A stretch of 64,000 bases of DNA from NCBI GenBank assembly GCA_963708025.1, contig CAVPSB010000032.1:160001-224000 (forward strand). The letters run 5' to 3'. This document shows positions 50,291 through 63,417 of this stretch, in pieces. The position numbers and the translations under genes are program-made. Under the pieces are notes generated by a model. That model did not search any database, had not been told where the DNA came from, and saw only the letters and a program-made list of their open reading frames with translations. This DNA comes from an uncultured Candidatus Rokubacteria bacterium. GTDB taxonomy: Bacteria > Methylomirabilota > Methylomirabilia > Rokubacteriales > DASRDR01. How positions within the stretch are numbered: position 1 is the stretch's first letter; the number at the start of each line of letters is the position of its first letter.

Positions 50291-51648
50291 TGCCGGCTCC
50301 GTCGGTCCTGGTCGCGGATGACGACCCGGTGGCGCGGGATCTACTGGCCGAGGTGCTGGTCAAGGAGGGCTATCGGGTCCGGGCCGCGGGGGGCGGCAGC
50401 GAGGCCCTCGACGTCGCCCGCCAGGCTCCGATCGACCTGGCGTTCATCGACCTCCGGATGCCCGACGTGGACGGCCTGGCCGTCCTCCGGGGGCTCCACG
50501 GCATCCGACCCGATACCCCGGTCATCATCCTGACCGCGTTTGCGACGATCGAGACGGCCATGGAGGCGATCCGCGCGGGGGCCTACGACTACCTCTCGAA
50601 GCCCTTTCAGCTCGAGCTGATCCGGCTCCGGGCCCGGCGGGCGCTGGAGGAGCGGCGGCTCCGCTCGGAGAACCTGCGGTACCGGCAGGAGCTGCAGGCG
50701 CGCTTCGCGGTGAAGCACGTGGTCGGGACGAGCCCGTCGATGGTCGAGGTCTACCGCCTGGCCGCTCGGGTGGCCAGCGCGGACATGGCGGTGCTGATCG
50801 TGGGCGAGACCGGGACGGGAAAGGAGCTGATCGCCCGGGCAATCCATGCCGGGAGTCCGAGGGCCGACCGCCCCTTCGTGCCCATCGACTGCAGCGCCTT
50901 GCCGGAGCCGCTCGTCGAGTCGGAGCTGTTCGGCCACGAGCGCGGGGCTTTCACCGGCGCCGTCGCCACCCGGCGCGGCCTCTTCGAGGCAGCCGCTGGG
51001 GGCACGATCTTCCTCGACGAGGTGGGAGAGCTGCCCGCCGCGTTGCAGCCCAAGCTCCTCCGGGTTCTCCAGGAGCACGAGATCCGCCGGGTGGGTGGCA
51101 CCGAGCAGGTGCCGGTGGACGTCCGGGTCATCGCCGCAACCCACCGCGATCTACGGACCCGGGTGACAGCGGGGGACTTCCGGGAAGACCTCTACTTCCG
51201 GCTGAACGTCGTCACCATCCACCTCCCGCCTCTCCGGGAGCGCGTGGCGGACATCCCGCTGCTGGCCCACCACTTCGTGGAGAAGTACGCAACGGCCCGG
51301 CAGCGTCCCGCTCCCGCGCTGTCACCGGAGGCCCTGGCCCGGCTCAGCTCCCATTCGTGGCCGGGGAACGTGCGGGAGCTGGAGAACGTCGTGGAGCGGG
51401 CCGTCACGCTGGTGACGGGCCCGGTTCTCCTCGCCGAGGATCTCGCCCTGGAGGGGGTGGCACCGGCACCGGCGGCGGGCCCCGTCCTCCCCGGGCCACG
51501 GATGAGCCTCGATGAAGTCAAGCAGTGGTACGTGCACCACGTGCTCGACGATGCCGGCGGGAACAAGCAGCGGGCCGCCGAGATGCTCGGCGTCGATCGG
51601 CGGACGCTGTACCGGCTCCTGGCCAGGCCGACCGAGGAGGAGGCGTAA
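50287..51648 (+). CDS. sigma54-dependent response regulator (AtoC/ZraR-like)
   Basis: ADDD, DLRMP, GETGTGKE, ELFGHERGAFTGA, WPGNVRELEN, GNK.RAAEMLGVDRRTLYR. Confidence 0.92.
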   Translation: MMPAPSVLVADDDPVARDLLAEVLVKEGYRVRAAGGGSEALDVARQAPIDLAFIDLRMPDVDGLAVLRGLHGIRPDTPVIILTAFATIETAMEAIRAGAYDYLSKPFQLELIRLRARRALEERRLRSENLRYRQELQARFAVKHVVGTSPSMVEVYRLAARVASADMAVLIVGETGTGKELIARAIHAGSPRADRPFVPIDCSALPEPLVESELFGHERGAFTGAVATRRGLFEAAAGGTIFLDEVGELPAALQPKLLRVLQEHEIRRVGGTEQVPVDVRVIAATHRDLRTRVTAGDFREDLYFRLNVVTIHLPPLRERVADIPLLAHHFVEKYATARQRPAPALSPEALARLSSHSWPGNVRELENVVERAVTLVTGPVLLAEDLALEGVAPAPAAGPVLPGPRMSLDEVKQWYVHHVLDDAGGNKQRAAEMLGVDRRTLYRLLARPTEEEA

Positions 51649-51674
51649 CGGCCGGGGCGAGCCCGACCGTCCGC

Positions 51675-51712
51675 TGAGGCATTCCGCCACAGCCTCCGAC
51701 AGGAACGCCACG
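51675..51712 (+). promoter_or_regulatory. Putative tandem enhancer (UAS) for the adjacent sigma54 activator
   Basis: Imperfect palindrome TGAGGC-N5-GCCACA and a second GCCAC half-site 21 bp later. Confidence 0.4.
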
Positions 51713-51784
51713 CGGAACCCGCGTGGCGGGCACCCGCCCTGCCGTAACTTCGCGCCGCGTCGTGCGCACCCACTGAACCGGCCG

Positions 51785-51800
51785 TGGCACTGGCCTTGCT
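51785..51800 (+). promoter_or_regulatory. sigma54 (-24/-12) promoter
   Basis: TGGCAC-N5-TTGCT, consensus sequence and spacing. Confidence 0.8.
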
Positions 51801-51859
51801 CTTCGTCCGCTCGCGCCGCGAGGCGCGATGTGAACCCTGAACGATCGAGGAGGTGCCGT

Positions 51860-52120
51860 ATGCGGATCCTGGGAACGGCGGCCGTGGTGGCGCTCGCGCT
51901 GAGCCTCGCCGTCGGCGCCGCGCTCGCCGGCGAGATGGTCGGCAAGGTCCAGAAGATCGACACCGACCAGAAGATGGTGCAGCTCGAGGACGGGACGCAG
52001 CTCTGGCTCGCCGAGGGGACGACCACCGACAACGTCAAGGAAGGTCAGAAGGTCAAGGTTAGCTACGAGGAGAAGGACGGCAAGAACTGGGCGACGAGCT
52101 TCGAGGTCGTCACGGAGTAA
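51860..52120 (+). CDS. Small exported OB-fold protein (DUF1344-like)
   Basis: GAGGAGG RBS, signal peptide ending ALA, GKVQKID....LEDG...KEGQKVKVSYEEKDGKN. Confidence 0.8.
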   Translation: MRILGTAAVVALALSLAVGAALAGEMVGKVQKIDTDQKMVQLEDGTQLWLAEGTTTDNVKEGQKVKVSYEEKDGKNWATSFEVVTE

Positions 52121-52132
52121 GGGCCCGCCATC

Positions 52133-52163
52133 GCCTCGGAGGGGCACGCCGCCCCTCCGAGGC
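52133..52163. terminator. 13-bp GC hairpin between convergent genes
   Basis: GCCTCGGAGGGGC-ACGCC-GCCCCTCCGAGGC; no U-tract. Confidence 0.45.
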
Positions 52164-52276
52164 CCCTGCCCGCGATTCGGCCAGGATCTCTTCCGGGGTC
52201 ACAGCGACCCCACCTTGCCGGGGGGAGGGCCCGGGGGAATCGCAAGGGCCTTCGAGATCCGCCCCCGATTATCTCA

Positions 52277-52424
52277 GTTCGGGACCTCCCGCCACCCCCC
52301 CAACCCCCCTCCCGATTGACCGGATCGCCGGGACGGCTCGGGCCTACGGCCCTCGCGACGTCCCGTCCCTCCGGCGGGCACCGGGGGGAGGGGGAGCCGG
52401 AGGACCCCATTCCTTCACACGCTC
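52277..52424. repeat. Repeat family A, copy 5 (carries a GGCCTACGGCC module)
   Basis: Ends nearly identical to copy 4; the centre matches the reverse complement of 41478-41521. Confidence 0.8.
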
Positions 52425-52664
52425 TCAGCCGCCTGACAGCGGCGGGATGATGGTCAGGACGTCCCCCGAACGCAGCCGACGCTCGGTCGGCGCCTCCTGT
52501 CCGTTCACGAGGAACAGGCCCGGAAGGTCGCCGGGGATGGCCAGATGCCGACGGACCTCGTCCACCGTGGCTCCCTCCGGAATGTCGAGATGGGCCGTGC
52601 CGCCCCGGGCGCCGGGCGGGAGGTATCGCGCCAGGTTCGCGAAGAGACGCACCTCGATCGTCAA
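52425..52664 (-). CDS. MoaD/ThiS family sulfur carrier protein
   Basis: VRLFA.L, VNG, L..GD.L.IIPPLSGG C-terminus. Confidence 0.9.
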   Translation of the reverse strand: MTIEVRLFANLARYLPPGARGGTAHLDIPEGATVDEVRRHLAIPGDLPGLFLVNGQEAPTERRLRSGDVLTIIPPLSGG

Positions 52665-52710
52665 GGCTTCGGATGCGGCGACGTCCTCGGAGCCCCGGAT
52701 GGGCCGAGGT

Positions 52711-54180
52711 CTAGCGGCTGGAAGTCTTGGCGCGATCGTCGCGCTGGGTGATCCGCACAGCCGGCTTCGGCTTCGGAGTCGTCCGGGGCGCCGACTTCGC
52801 GGCAGCCTGCGGCGCCCCAGGCTTCCCGGCGGCGACCGCCGGCGCGGGGACGACCGGCACGATCTTGTTGGAGACGGGCACCAGGAGCTCCGTGACGCCG
52901 CGGAGCCGCCCGCCGGCGAGCTGGTTCACCTCGGCCAGTCGCTGGGGGCTGGTGCGATACAGCTGGGCGATCTCGGCCAGGGTCTGGTTGCGGGCGATCC
53001 GGTGCAGACCCCACGCCACGAGCCTGGCCGGCGCCGCTTCCTCCAGCGCCGCTTCGAAGCGGGAGGCCCGACCCAGGGGGAGCCGGACCGTGTAGCTCCC
53101 GAACGGCGGCGTGATGCCGCCCCGCAGGGCGGGGTTCAGCTCGCGGACGTCATCCACCGGCACCTCGGCCAGTGTCGCGATCGTCTCGAAGTCCAACGCC
53201 CGCTTGACCGTCACCTCGTCGTACTCGAGCGGGGATTCCATGGTGACGTCGAACCCGTAGCGGGAAGGAGCCTGGGTGATCACGGTCGCGGCGAGAATCT
53301 GGGGCACGAACCGCTTCGTCTCGTTCGGCAGGTGGCGAGTCTGGGTCAGCGCCCAGAAATCGCTCGTCTTCGCCATCTTCATCGCTCGGGCGACCCGCGC
53401 CTCCCCCGCGTTGTACGCGGCCTGGGCCAGGAACCAGTGGCCGAACATCCCGTAAAGGTCACCAAGGTACCGGGCCGCCGCCACCGTCGCCTTGACCGGG
53501 TCCAGCCGCTCGTCCACCCAGCGGTTGACGACCAGGCCGTAGCGTCGGCCGGTCGCCTCCATGAACTGCCACATCCCCTTGGCGCCCACCCGGGACACGG
53601 CCCGGGGCGAGAACCCGGACTCGATCATCGCGGTGTAGGCCAGCTCCTCCGGCAGGCCGTGCTGGCGGAAGACCTGCCGGATCATGCCGAGGTACCGACC
53701 CGACCGGGAAATCCAGAGGCCGAACCGCTCGCGCTCCCGGGCGGTGAAGTAGTCCATCAACGCCTCGACCTGGGCGTTGACCACTACGGGGTAGGTCGGA
53801 ACCGGAATGCCGGGGGTGAGCCTGACGGTGATGTCGCCCCGGGGATCGTCGAAGATCGGGTGGTTCCAGTCGATCCGGGCATGGAGCGGAATATCGCCGA
53901 TCCCGGCGGTGGCCGGCTCGGAAGGATCAGCCGACTCGGCCGGCTCTGGCTCGTCGAGCTCGGGGGTCTCGCCGGAAATCGGGATTAGAGCGACCGGGAC
54001 GAGCGGCGGATCGGGTGGTCGCGGGATGGCCGCGATCTGAGCCTCTCCGGCGCCGGCAGGAAGCGCCAGCGCCAGCGGCTCGCCTCCCCAGCTGGCCGCC
54101 GTCCCTGGAGCCGTGAGCGTCGTGGCCAGGGCCACTCCGCTCAGAGCCCGCGTGATACACCACCGCGTTTGCGTCCCCAT
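52711..54180 (-). CDS. Lytic transglycosylase with LysM domain (MltD-like)
   Basis: AMIESGF, GAKGMWQFM, DERLDP, AAYNAGE, ETKRFVP, LNPAL; TTGACA promoter at 54238-54243. Confidence 0.88.
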   Translation of the reverse strand: MGTQTRWCITRALSGVALATTLTAPGTAASWGGEPLALALPAGAGEAQIAAIPRPPDPPLVPVALIPISGETPELDEPEPAESADPSEPATAGIGDIPLHARIDWNHPIFDDPRGDITVRLTPGIPVPTYPVVVNAQVEALMDYFTARERERFGLWISRSGRYLGMIRQVFRQHGLPEELAYTAMIESGFSPRAVSRVGAKGMWQFMEATGRRYGLVVNRWVDERLDPVKATVAAARYLGDLYGMFGHWFLAQAAYNAGEARVARAMKMAKTSDFWALTQTRHLPNETKRFVPQILAATVITQAPSRYGFDVTMESPLEYDEVTVKRALDFETIATLAEVPVDDVRELNPALRGGITPPFGSYTVRLPLGRASRFEAALEEAAPARLVAWGLHRIARNQTLAEIAQLYRTSPQRLAEVNQLAGGRLRGVTELLVPVSNKIVPVVPAPAVAAGKPGAPQAAAKSAPRTTPKPKPAVRITQRDDRAKTSSR

Positions 54181-54313
54181 AGTGAAGTTTGTGGTACCAG
54201 AACGAGCACCCCCCTTGTAACACGCCCTGAAATGGAGTGTCAACGGAAAACTGCCCGGACGGGAATGCTAACTGCGTGTAACTTCTGCAATATGGCCACG
54301 TCCCCCGATGGAC

Positions 54314-55027
54314 CTAGCGGAGGGGACCGACCATGAAGCGCGTCCGGTCCGTGAGCAGCGCGCGCGCCCGGTCATCGGGCGCCACTCGCACGCGAGTGAC
54401 CCACACTTCGGCCTCTTTGGCGGGGGTCGAGGGCCGGGTCAGGAAGCCGCCGAACTCTCCCCCTCCCCCCTTCCGGGGGGACTTTCGGGTGCGAGGCTCC
54501 TTGGGCTGACTGTACGGGGTGAGGTGGAACACCACCAGGAGCCACTCACCGGATGGGAGATCCTCGACGACGAAGATCCCGGCGGCGTCGGTCGTCCGCC
54601 GACGGACGAGGCCGTGGTCGGTGTCCGGGGCGGGCCGCGACGCGTCACCCTGGACCGGCCGGGCCGGGCGGGGTCCGAGCGTCACGACCTGGGCCTCGAA
54701 CGCCTTGAGCCGCTCCCGAAGACGCGCCACCGCGCTCTCGTACTCGGCGCCGGAGCCGCGGGCGCTCTCCCGGATTCGAGCGAGGTCGGCCGCCAGGCTA
54801 GGGATGTAGGGGTAGAGCACGATCTCGACCCCGACCAGCGGCGTCAGTGACCCATCGGGAGACTCCTCCTCCACCGCCAGACGACCCCAGAGAAGCCCCG
54901 GGAGCCCGAAGCTCTGGAGCGCCCGCGTCAGCTCGGCGACCGGGTCCTCGGCCATCGAATCCGGGGGGTGGACGGCCGGGAGCGCCACGAGGAGGAGGAG
55001 GCCGAGCGCGAGGACGGCTCGGGTCAC
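54314..55027 (-). CDS. Exported hypothetical protein (prealbumin/carboxypeptidase-regulatory-like fold)
   Basis: Signal peptide, TTDAAGIFVVEDLPSGEW; GTGA overlap with lpxL. Confidence 0.6.
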   Translation of the reverse strand: MTRAVLALGLLLLVALPAVHPPDSMAEDPVAELTRALQSFGLPGLLWGRLAVEEESPDGSLTPLVGVEIVLYPYIPSLAADLARIRESARGSGAEYESAVARLRERLKAFEAQVVTLGPRPARPVQGDASRPAPDTDHGLVRRRTTDAAGIFVVEDLPSGEWLLVVFHLTPYSQPKEPRTRKSPRKGGGGEFGGFLTRPSTPAKEAEVWVTRVRVAPDDRARALLTDRTRFMVGPLR

Positions 55028-55941
55028 GCCGGCTGACTCTTCCAGCGTCGGTGGACCCAGAACCACTGCTCTGGATGCGCGCGGATCTGACGCTCGATCA
55101 CCTCGGTGAAGCGCGCCGTGTTCGCCTCGACGTCGCGCTCGAGCGCGCCGGTGCGGACCAACGGGACGGCCGGCTCCAGCGTCACCACGTGGTCGCCGTC
55201 CGGGAGACGATGGACGAAGGCAGGCACGACCGGGGCGCCGGTCTTGAGGGCGAGCACGGCGAGGCCCCGGGACGTGGAGGCCGGTCGGCCGAAGAACGGC
55301 ACGAAGGCGCCCTGCCCGCCGGCGTGCTGATCGAGCATGATGCCGACGCACTCCCCGCGGGCCAGGGCGGCCTGGATTCCCTTGACGGCCTCGCGCTTGG
55401 GAATCAGCCGGATCTGCGCGCGGGCGCGACCCTCCGCCACCAGGGCGTCCAGGAACGGGTTGTCGAGGGGGCGGATGACGACGTTCAGGTCGGGAAGCCC
55501 GGTGAGGGAGTGAGACGCCCCGAGGAGCTCCCAGTTGCCGAAGTGTGCTCCTAGCAGCAGAGCGCCGCGCCCCTCGGTCAGGGCCGCCTTGGCGTGCTCC
55601 ACGCCCTCCATCCGCACGCGCTGCAGCATGGCCCCGGGTGGGCCGAGAAAGAGCCGGCAACACTCCATGGCCGTGACCCCGAGGTGGCGGAAGCTCGCCC
55701 GGGCGATACGGCGGCGCTCGGCCGGGGACAGCGACGAGCCGAAGGCGAGGGCCAGGTTCGTCAGGGCCACGCGGCGGCGACCCAGAACCACCCAGTAGGC
55801 CAGCTCGCCCAGCGTCGCCCCGACCCGGGTGGCCGTGCGGGGCGGAAGCCGCCCGGCGGCACGGCCGACGATGGCCAGCAGACCCGCAGCCGCGCGCTGC
55901 CCCCAGCGGACCCAGAGCGGTGCCGGGCGACGCCGACCCAT
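55024..55941 (-). CDS. lpxL: Lipid A lauroyl/lysophospholipid acyltransferase (LpxL/HtrB family)
   Basis: AHFGNWE, RPLDNP, LDQ, VPFFG..A, IRAHPEQWFWVHRRWK. Confidence 0.85.
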   Translation of the reverse strand: MGRRRPAPLWVRWGQRAAAGLLAIVGRAAGRLPPRTATRVGATLGELAYWVVLGRRRVALTNLALAFGSSLSPAERRRIARASFRHLGVTAMECCRLFLGPPGAMLQRVRMEGVEHAKAALTEGRGALLLGAHFGNWELLGASHSLTGLPDLNVVIRPLDNPFLDALVAEGRARAQIRLIPKREAVKGIQAALARGECVGIMLDQHAGGQGAFVPFFGRPASTSRGLAVLALKTGAPVVPAFVHRLPDGDHVVTLEPAVPLVRTGALERDVEANTARFTEVIERQIRAHPEQWFWVHRRWKSQPA

Positions 55942-55942
55942 G

Positions 55943-56940
<998 letters not shown>

Positions 56941-56957
56941 CAGCGCACGAACGAGAT

Positions 56958-57081
56958 TGAGCGGGCCGAGAGCCGAGTCCCGCTAGGACGCAGGGAGGAG
57001 GCCCGCCGAGGCGTATGCCTCATACGTTGAGGCGGGCCGACGACCGAGGACGACGCGGGACGACGGCTATCGGCACGCTCA
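56958..57081. repeat. Repeat family B, copy 3 (divergent)
   Basis: GCTAGGACGCAGGGAG shared with copy 1; GGCCCGCC-GA-GGCGTATG-CCT-CATACGTT-GA-GGCGGGCC. Confidence 0.7.
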
Positions 57082-57696
57082 GCCCATCTTGAGCATGATG
57101 CCTTCGATCACGTTCACGACATCCTCACAGCGATCGGTGACCTCCTCGAGGGTCTCGTAGATCTCCTTCCACTTGATGACCTCGATGGGATCGGTCACGT
57201 CCGCGAAGAGGCCGGCGATCAGCTCCTTGAGCAACCGGTCCGCCTCGTTCTCGAGCCGGTTGGTCTCGACGCAGTGGACGTGGTACTCGGCGCTGTGGGG
57301 CCGGAGGCACTGCACCGCCGCCCGGGTGGCGACGGCGGCGTTGACGATCACCTCGCCCAGGGCCCGGGCACCCGAGGTCGGCGCCTTGATCCGGTAGAGA
57401 ACCAGCCGGTCGGCCGCGGCCTCGATCAGGTCCAGCACGTCGTCGAGGCGGCTGGCCAGGGCATAGACGTCCTCGCGGTCGATTGGCGTGACGAAGGTCG
57501 TATTGATCTTGCGAATGAGCTCGTGGGTGAGGGCGTCGCCGGCGTGCTCGAGCTCCTTGATCGCCGCCGACTTGGCGGGGGCGTCGGAGAAGTCGAAGAT
57601 CAGCTCGTGGAGGCGCCGGGCCGACTCGACGATGTGGACGGCCTGGCGCTCGAAGAGGTCGAAGAACTGCTCGTCACGGGGGATCAGCCGGAACAT
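57079..57696 (-). CDS. DUF47 / PhoU-like phosphate transport regulator
   Basis: LEHAGD, TFVTPIDRED, LENEAD, IKWKEIYE.LE..TDRCED. Confidence 0.92.
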   Translation of the reverse strand: MFRLIPRDEQFFDLFERQAVHIVESARRLHELIFDFSDAPAKSAAIKELEHAGDALTHELIRKINTTFVTPIDREDVYALASRLDDVLDLIEAAADRLVLYRIKAPTSGARALGEVIVNAAVATRAAVQCLRPHSAEYHVHCVETNRLENEADRLLKELIAGLFADVTDPIEVIKWKEIYETLEEVTDRCEDVVNVIEGIMLKMG

Positions 57697-57706
57697 CGGC
57701 CTCCGC

Positions 57707-58354
57707 TCAGCGTTCCGAGAGCGCCGAATCCTGCCGGGCGCGGCTCCGGGCCCTCCACCACTCGACGCCGATCGGCACCACCGACAGCACGATGACGACC
57801 GCCACCACGATGTGGATGTGCCGGTCGATGTTCGGGATGGTCTGCCCCAGGAGGTAACCCGCCCAGGTGAGGCTCATCACCCAGCCGATGCCACCGAAGA
57901 CGTTGTAGAAGAGGAAGTTGCGGTACTCCATCTGCCCCACCCCGGCCACGACCGGCGCGAACGTCCGGATGATCGGGATGAAGCGGGCCAGCACGATGGT
58001 CTTGCCGCCGTGCCGCTCGTAGAACTCGCGCGTGCGGAGCAGGTGCTTCCGGGCGAACCAGCGCGACTCCTCCTTCCGGAAGATGCGGGGGCCGGTCCGG
58101 TAGCCGATGGCGTAGCCGACGCTGTCGCCGGTGATCGCGGCCACGATCAGCAGGGCGTTGAGGAGCCAGATGTCCAGGCCGCCGGCGGCGGCGACGAGGC
58201 CGGCGGTGATCAGCAGGGAGTCGCCGGGGAGGAAGAAGCCGATCAGCAGCCCGGTCTCGGTGAAGACGATGGCGACCAGGATGAAGTACCCGCCCCAGCG
58301 GATGAGGTCGTCGAGGGAGTAGCGGCCCGAGGCGACCTCGAGGAGGAAGTCCAC
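57707..58354 (-). CDS. DedA family (VTT domain) protein
   Basis: VFTETGLLIGFFLPGDSLL, GGKTIVLARFIPIIRTFAP. Confidence 0.93.
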   Translation of the reverse strand: MDFLLEVASGRYSLDDLIRWGGYFILVAIVFTETGLLIGFFLPGDSLLITAGLVAAAGGLDIWLLNALLIVAAITGDSVGYAIGYRTGPRIFRKEESRWFARKHLLRTREFYERHGGKTIVLARFIPIIRTFAPVVAGVGQMEYRNFLFYNVFGGIGWVMSLTWAGYLLGQTIPNIDRHIHIVVAVVIVLSVVPIGVEWWRARSRARQDSALSER

Positions 58355-58360
58355 CGGCGG

Positions 58361-60910
<2,550 letters not shown>

Positions 60911-60963
60911 GGTGCTGTGTCTCCTGGGACGGACGGAATGGGTGATGGAAAACTTCCCGGCCG

Positions 60964-60972
60964 ATTATAGCA
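60964..60972 (-). promoter_or_regulatory. Extended -10 promoter for hppA
   Basis: TGcTATAAT. Confidence 0.6.
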
Positions 60973-61092
60973 GGCGGCGACACGAACGTCGCCGGTTAGG
61001 CGCCTTGGGCCGCCGCGGTGGCGGCGGCCGGCTGGGCCCTCCTCCACCGCCCGCGCCTTGACAGGGCCCGGACGGCCAGACAATCATCCCGC

Positions 61093-62335
61093 GTGACGCC
61101 CGCGAGTCCGCTGCCCCTGTACTCGGTGCTTCCGTTCGTCGCCATGCTCCTCGCCATCGCCGTCTGCCCCCTGTGGATGCCGCACTGGTGGGAGCCCAAC
61201 CGGAACAAGCTCGTGGTCGCCGGCGCCCTCGGGCTCCCGGTCGCCGGTCTCTACCTCGTGCGGGAGCCGCCCGCGCTCCTCCGGATGGGGGAAGAGTACG
61301 TCTCGTTCATCATCCTCCTGGCCGGCCTCTTCGTGATCGCGGGGGGAATCCGCCTGACCGGAGACCTGGAGGCCACGCCGCTCACCAACACCGCCTTCCT
61401 GGCCATCGGATCCGTCCTGGCCTCATTTCTCGGGACCACCGGCGCCTCCATGCTCCTGATCCGGCCGGTGCTCCAGACCAACCGCGAGCGCACCCGGGTC
61501 AAGCACACGGTCATCTTCTTCATCTTCCTGGTCTCCAACATCGGCGGGCTGCTGACGCCGCTGGGTGACCCCCCGCTGTTCCTCGGGTACCTGCAGGGGG
61601 TCCCCTTCTCCTGGACGTTCAGACTCTGGCCGCAGTGGCTGGTCGGCGTGGCCGCCCTGCTCCTGACGTACTTCGTCTGGGACTCGATCCATCACGCGCG
61701 CGAGCCGCTCGCCGCTCTGCGGCGGGATCGCGCGCAGCGCGAGCCGCTCCGGCTGGCCGGGACGCTGAACGGACTCTGGCTCGTCGGGGTCGTGGCGGCG
61801 GTGGCGCTCCTCCACGAGCCCTGGCGGGAGCTGGCCATCGTCGCGCTGGCCGCTGTCTCCCTGTGGACCACGCCCGGTCCGAGTCCGCCGTGCCAACGGC
61901 TTCACCGCGTACCCGATGCTGGAGGTGGCCGCCCTGTTCTTCGGAATCTTCCTCACCATGATCCCGGCGCTGGAGCTGTTGCGCACGCGGGGGAGCGAGC
62001 TGGGCGTCCGCGAGCCCTGGCAGTTCTTCTGGGCCTCCGGACTGCTGTCGTCGTTCCTGGACAACGCGCCGACGTACCTGACCTTCCTCGCGCTGGGCCA
62101 GGGGCTCCGGTTGGCCGACGAGGTGGTCGGGGTCCCGCACGCCACGCTGGCCGCGATCAGCACCGGCGCCGTGTTCATGGGGGCGAACACTTACATCGGC
62201 AACGCGCCCAACTTCATGGTGAAGGCCATCGCGGACGAGGCCAGGGTGCGGATGCCCAGCTTCTTCGGCTATCTGGCCTACAGCGGCCTGGTGCTCCTCC
62301 CGCTCTTCGCGCTCATGACCCGGCTGTTCTTCTGA
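61093..62335 (+). CDS. Putative sodium:proton antiporter (IT superfamily; frameshift near 61880)
   Basis: [58 protein letters not shown]. Confidence 0.85.
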
Positions 62336-62544
62336 ACATCGAGGCCCCCTCTCCGAGCGGAACACCATTGCCGCGCGGCCGGAACCGGGGGGGTGCGAGA
62401 AGCCGATGGGCAGATAGGAATGGGAGCCGCCGGCACTTCTTTCGGGGGTCTCAGCTTCCCGGCGGCGACTCCGGCTTGACCGGCTGGGGGTCGCCTCGTA
62501 CGATGAGAGCCGGCATGAAGGCCGGGCCGCCCGGGTGGTCCTCG

Positions 62545-62767
62545 ATGGAGCGTCAGAGAAGCGCCGCCGACTCGGATCGCGTCGGACCCCGCTGCCCGCG
62601 GTGCGGCACCCCGGTCGTCTGGTCCGGCAATCCAGCCCGCCCGTTCTGCTCGCGCCGCTGCAAGCTCATCGATCTCGGAAGCTGGCTGGACGAGGAGTAC
62701 CGGGTGCCGGGCCCACCGATCCCGCCGGAGCCAGCTGACGGTGAGGGGCACGCCGGCGGACGGATGA
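62545..62767 (+). CDS. yacG: DNA gyrase inhibitor YacG (as read, in frame with the downstream gene)
   Basis: CPRCG...[25 protein letters not shown]. Confidence 0.85.
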
Positions 62768-63417
62768 TCGACCGCCTCGCCAGCGACCCGATCGGCTTCC
62801 TCCAGCACCTGGTCCTGATGGCCCCCGCGCTCCTCTTGGCGGTGACCATCCACGAGGTCGCTCACGGCTGGGTGGCCGAGCGGCTGGGCGACCCGACGGC
62901 GCGGCTGGCCGGACGGCTGACGCTCAATCCGCTCCCGCACATCGACCCGCTCGGCGCGCTGGCCTTCGTCATCGCGGGCTTCGGCTGGGCGAAGCCGGTC
63001 CCGGTCAACGCGCGCAACCTGCGCCACCCGGTCCGGGACATGGCGCTGGTGGGTGCGGCCGGCCCCCTCTCGAACTTCGTGGTCGCGTTTCTCGGGCTCG
63101 TCGTCTTGGTGCTGGTGAGCCGCACGGTGGACGCGCCGTTCTTCGCGGTGCCGTTGATCGGGATGCTGCGCTACGTCTACGCGTTCAATCTCGGCCTGGC
63201 GATCTTCAACCTGATCCCGCTGCCGCCGCTCGACGGGGGCCACTTCCTCCCCTACTTCCTCCCCCGCGAGGCCTGGCCGCTCCTGCGTCGGCTCGAGCTG
63301 TACGGACCCATCGTCCTGCTCCTACTGCTCATCTCGGGAGCGACCCGCTATATCGTCAGCCCGATCTTCCAGCTCGTCGAAGGCTTCTATCTCGCCGCGG
63401 TCCGGTTCCTCCTGTAG
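62764..63417 (+). CDS. Site-2 protease (M50 family)
   Basis: HEVAHG, GDPTA...[28 protein letters not shown]. Confidence 0.92.
   Translation: MIDRLASDPIGFLQHLVLMAPALLLAVTIHEVAHGWVAERLGDPTARLAGRLTLNPLPHIDPLGALAFVIAGFGWAKPVPVNARNLRHPVRDMALVGAAGPLSNFVVAFLGLVVLVLVSRTVDAPFFAVPLIGMLRYVYAFNLGLAIFNLIPLPPLDGGHFLPYFLPREAWPLLRRLELYGPIVLLLLLISGATRYIVSPIFQLVEGFYLAAVRFLL

Noticed and set aside
48745-51648. 967-aa sensor-regulator fusion in the ORF track
   Set aside because: Artifact of one frameshift near 49371; kinase and regulator are separate genes with an ATGA overlap.
60911-61092. Riboswitch between hppA and the antiporter
   Set aside because: No recognisable aptamer consensus or convincing stems; only promoter-like boxes.
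61018-63417. 799-aa antiporter-YacG-protease polyprotein
   Set aside because: The antiporter switches frame near 61880 and ends at 62335; the intervening translation is non-coding-like.
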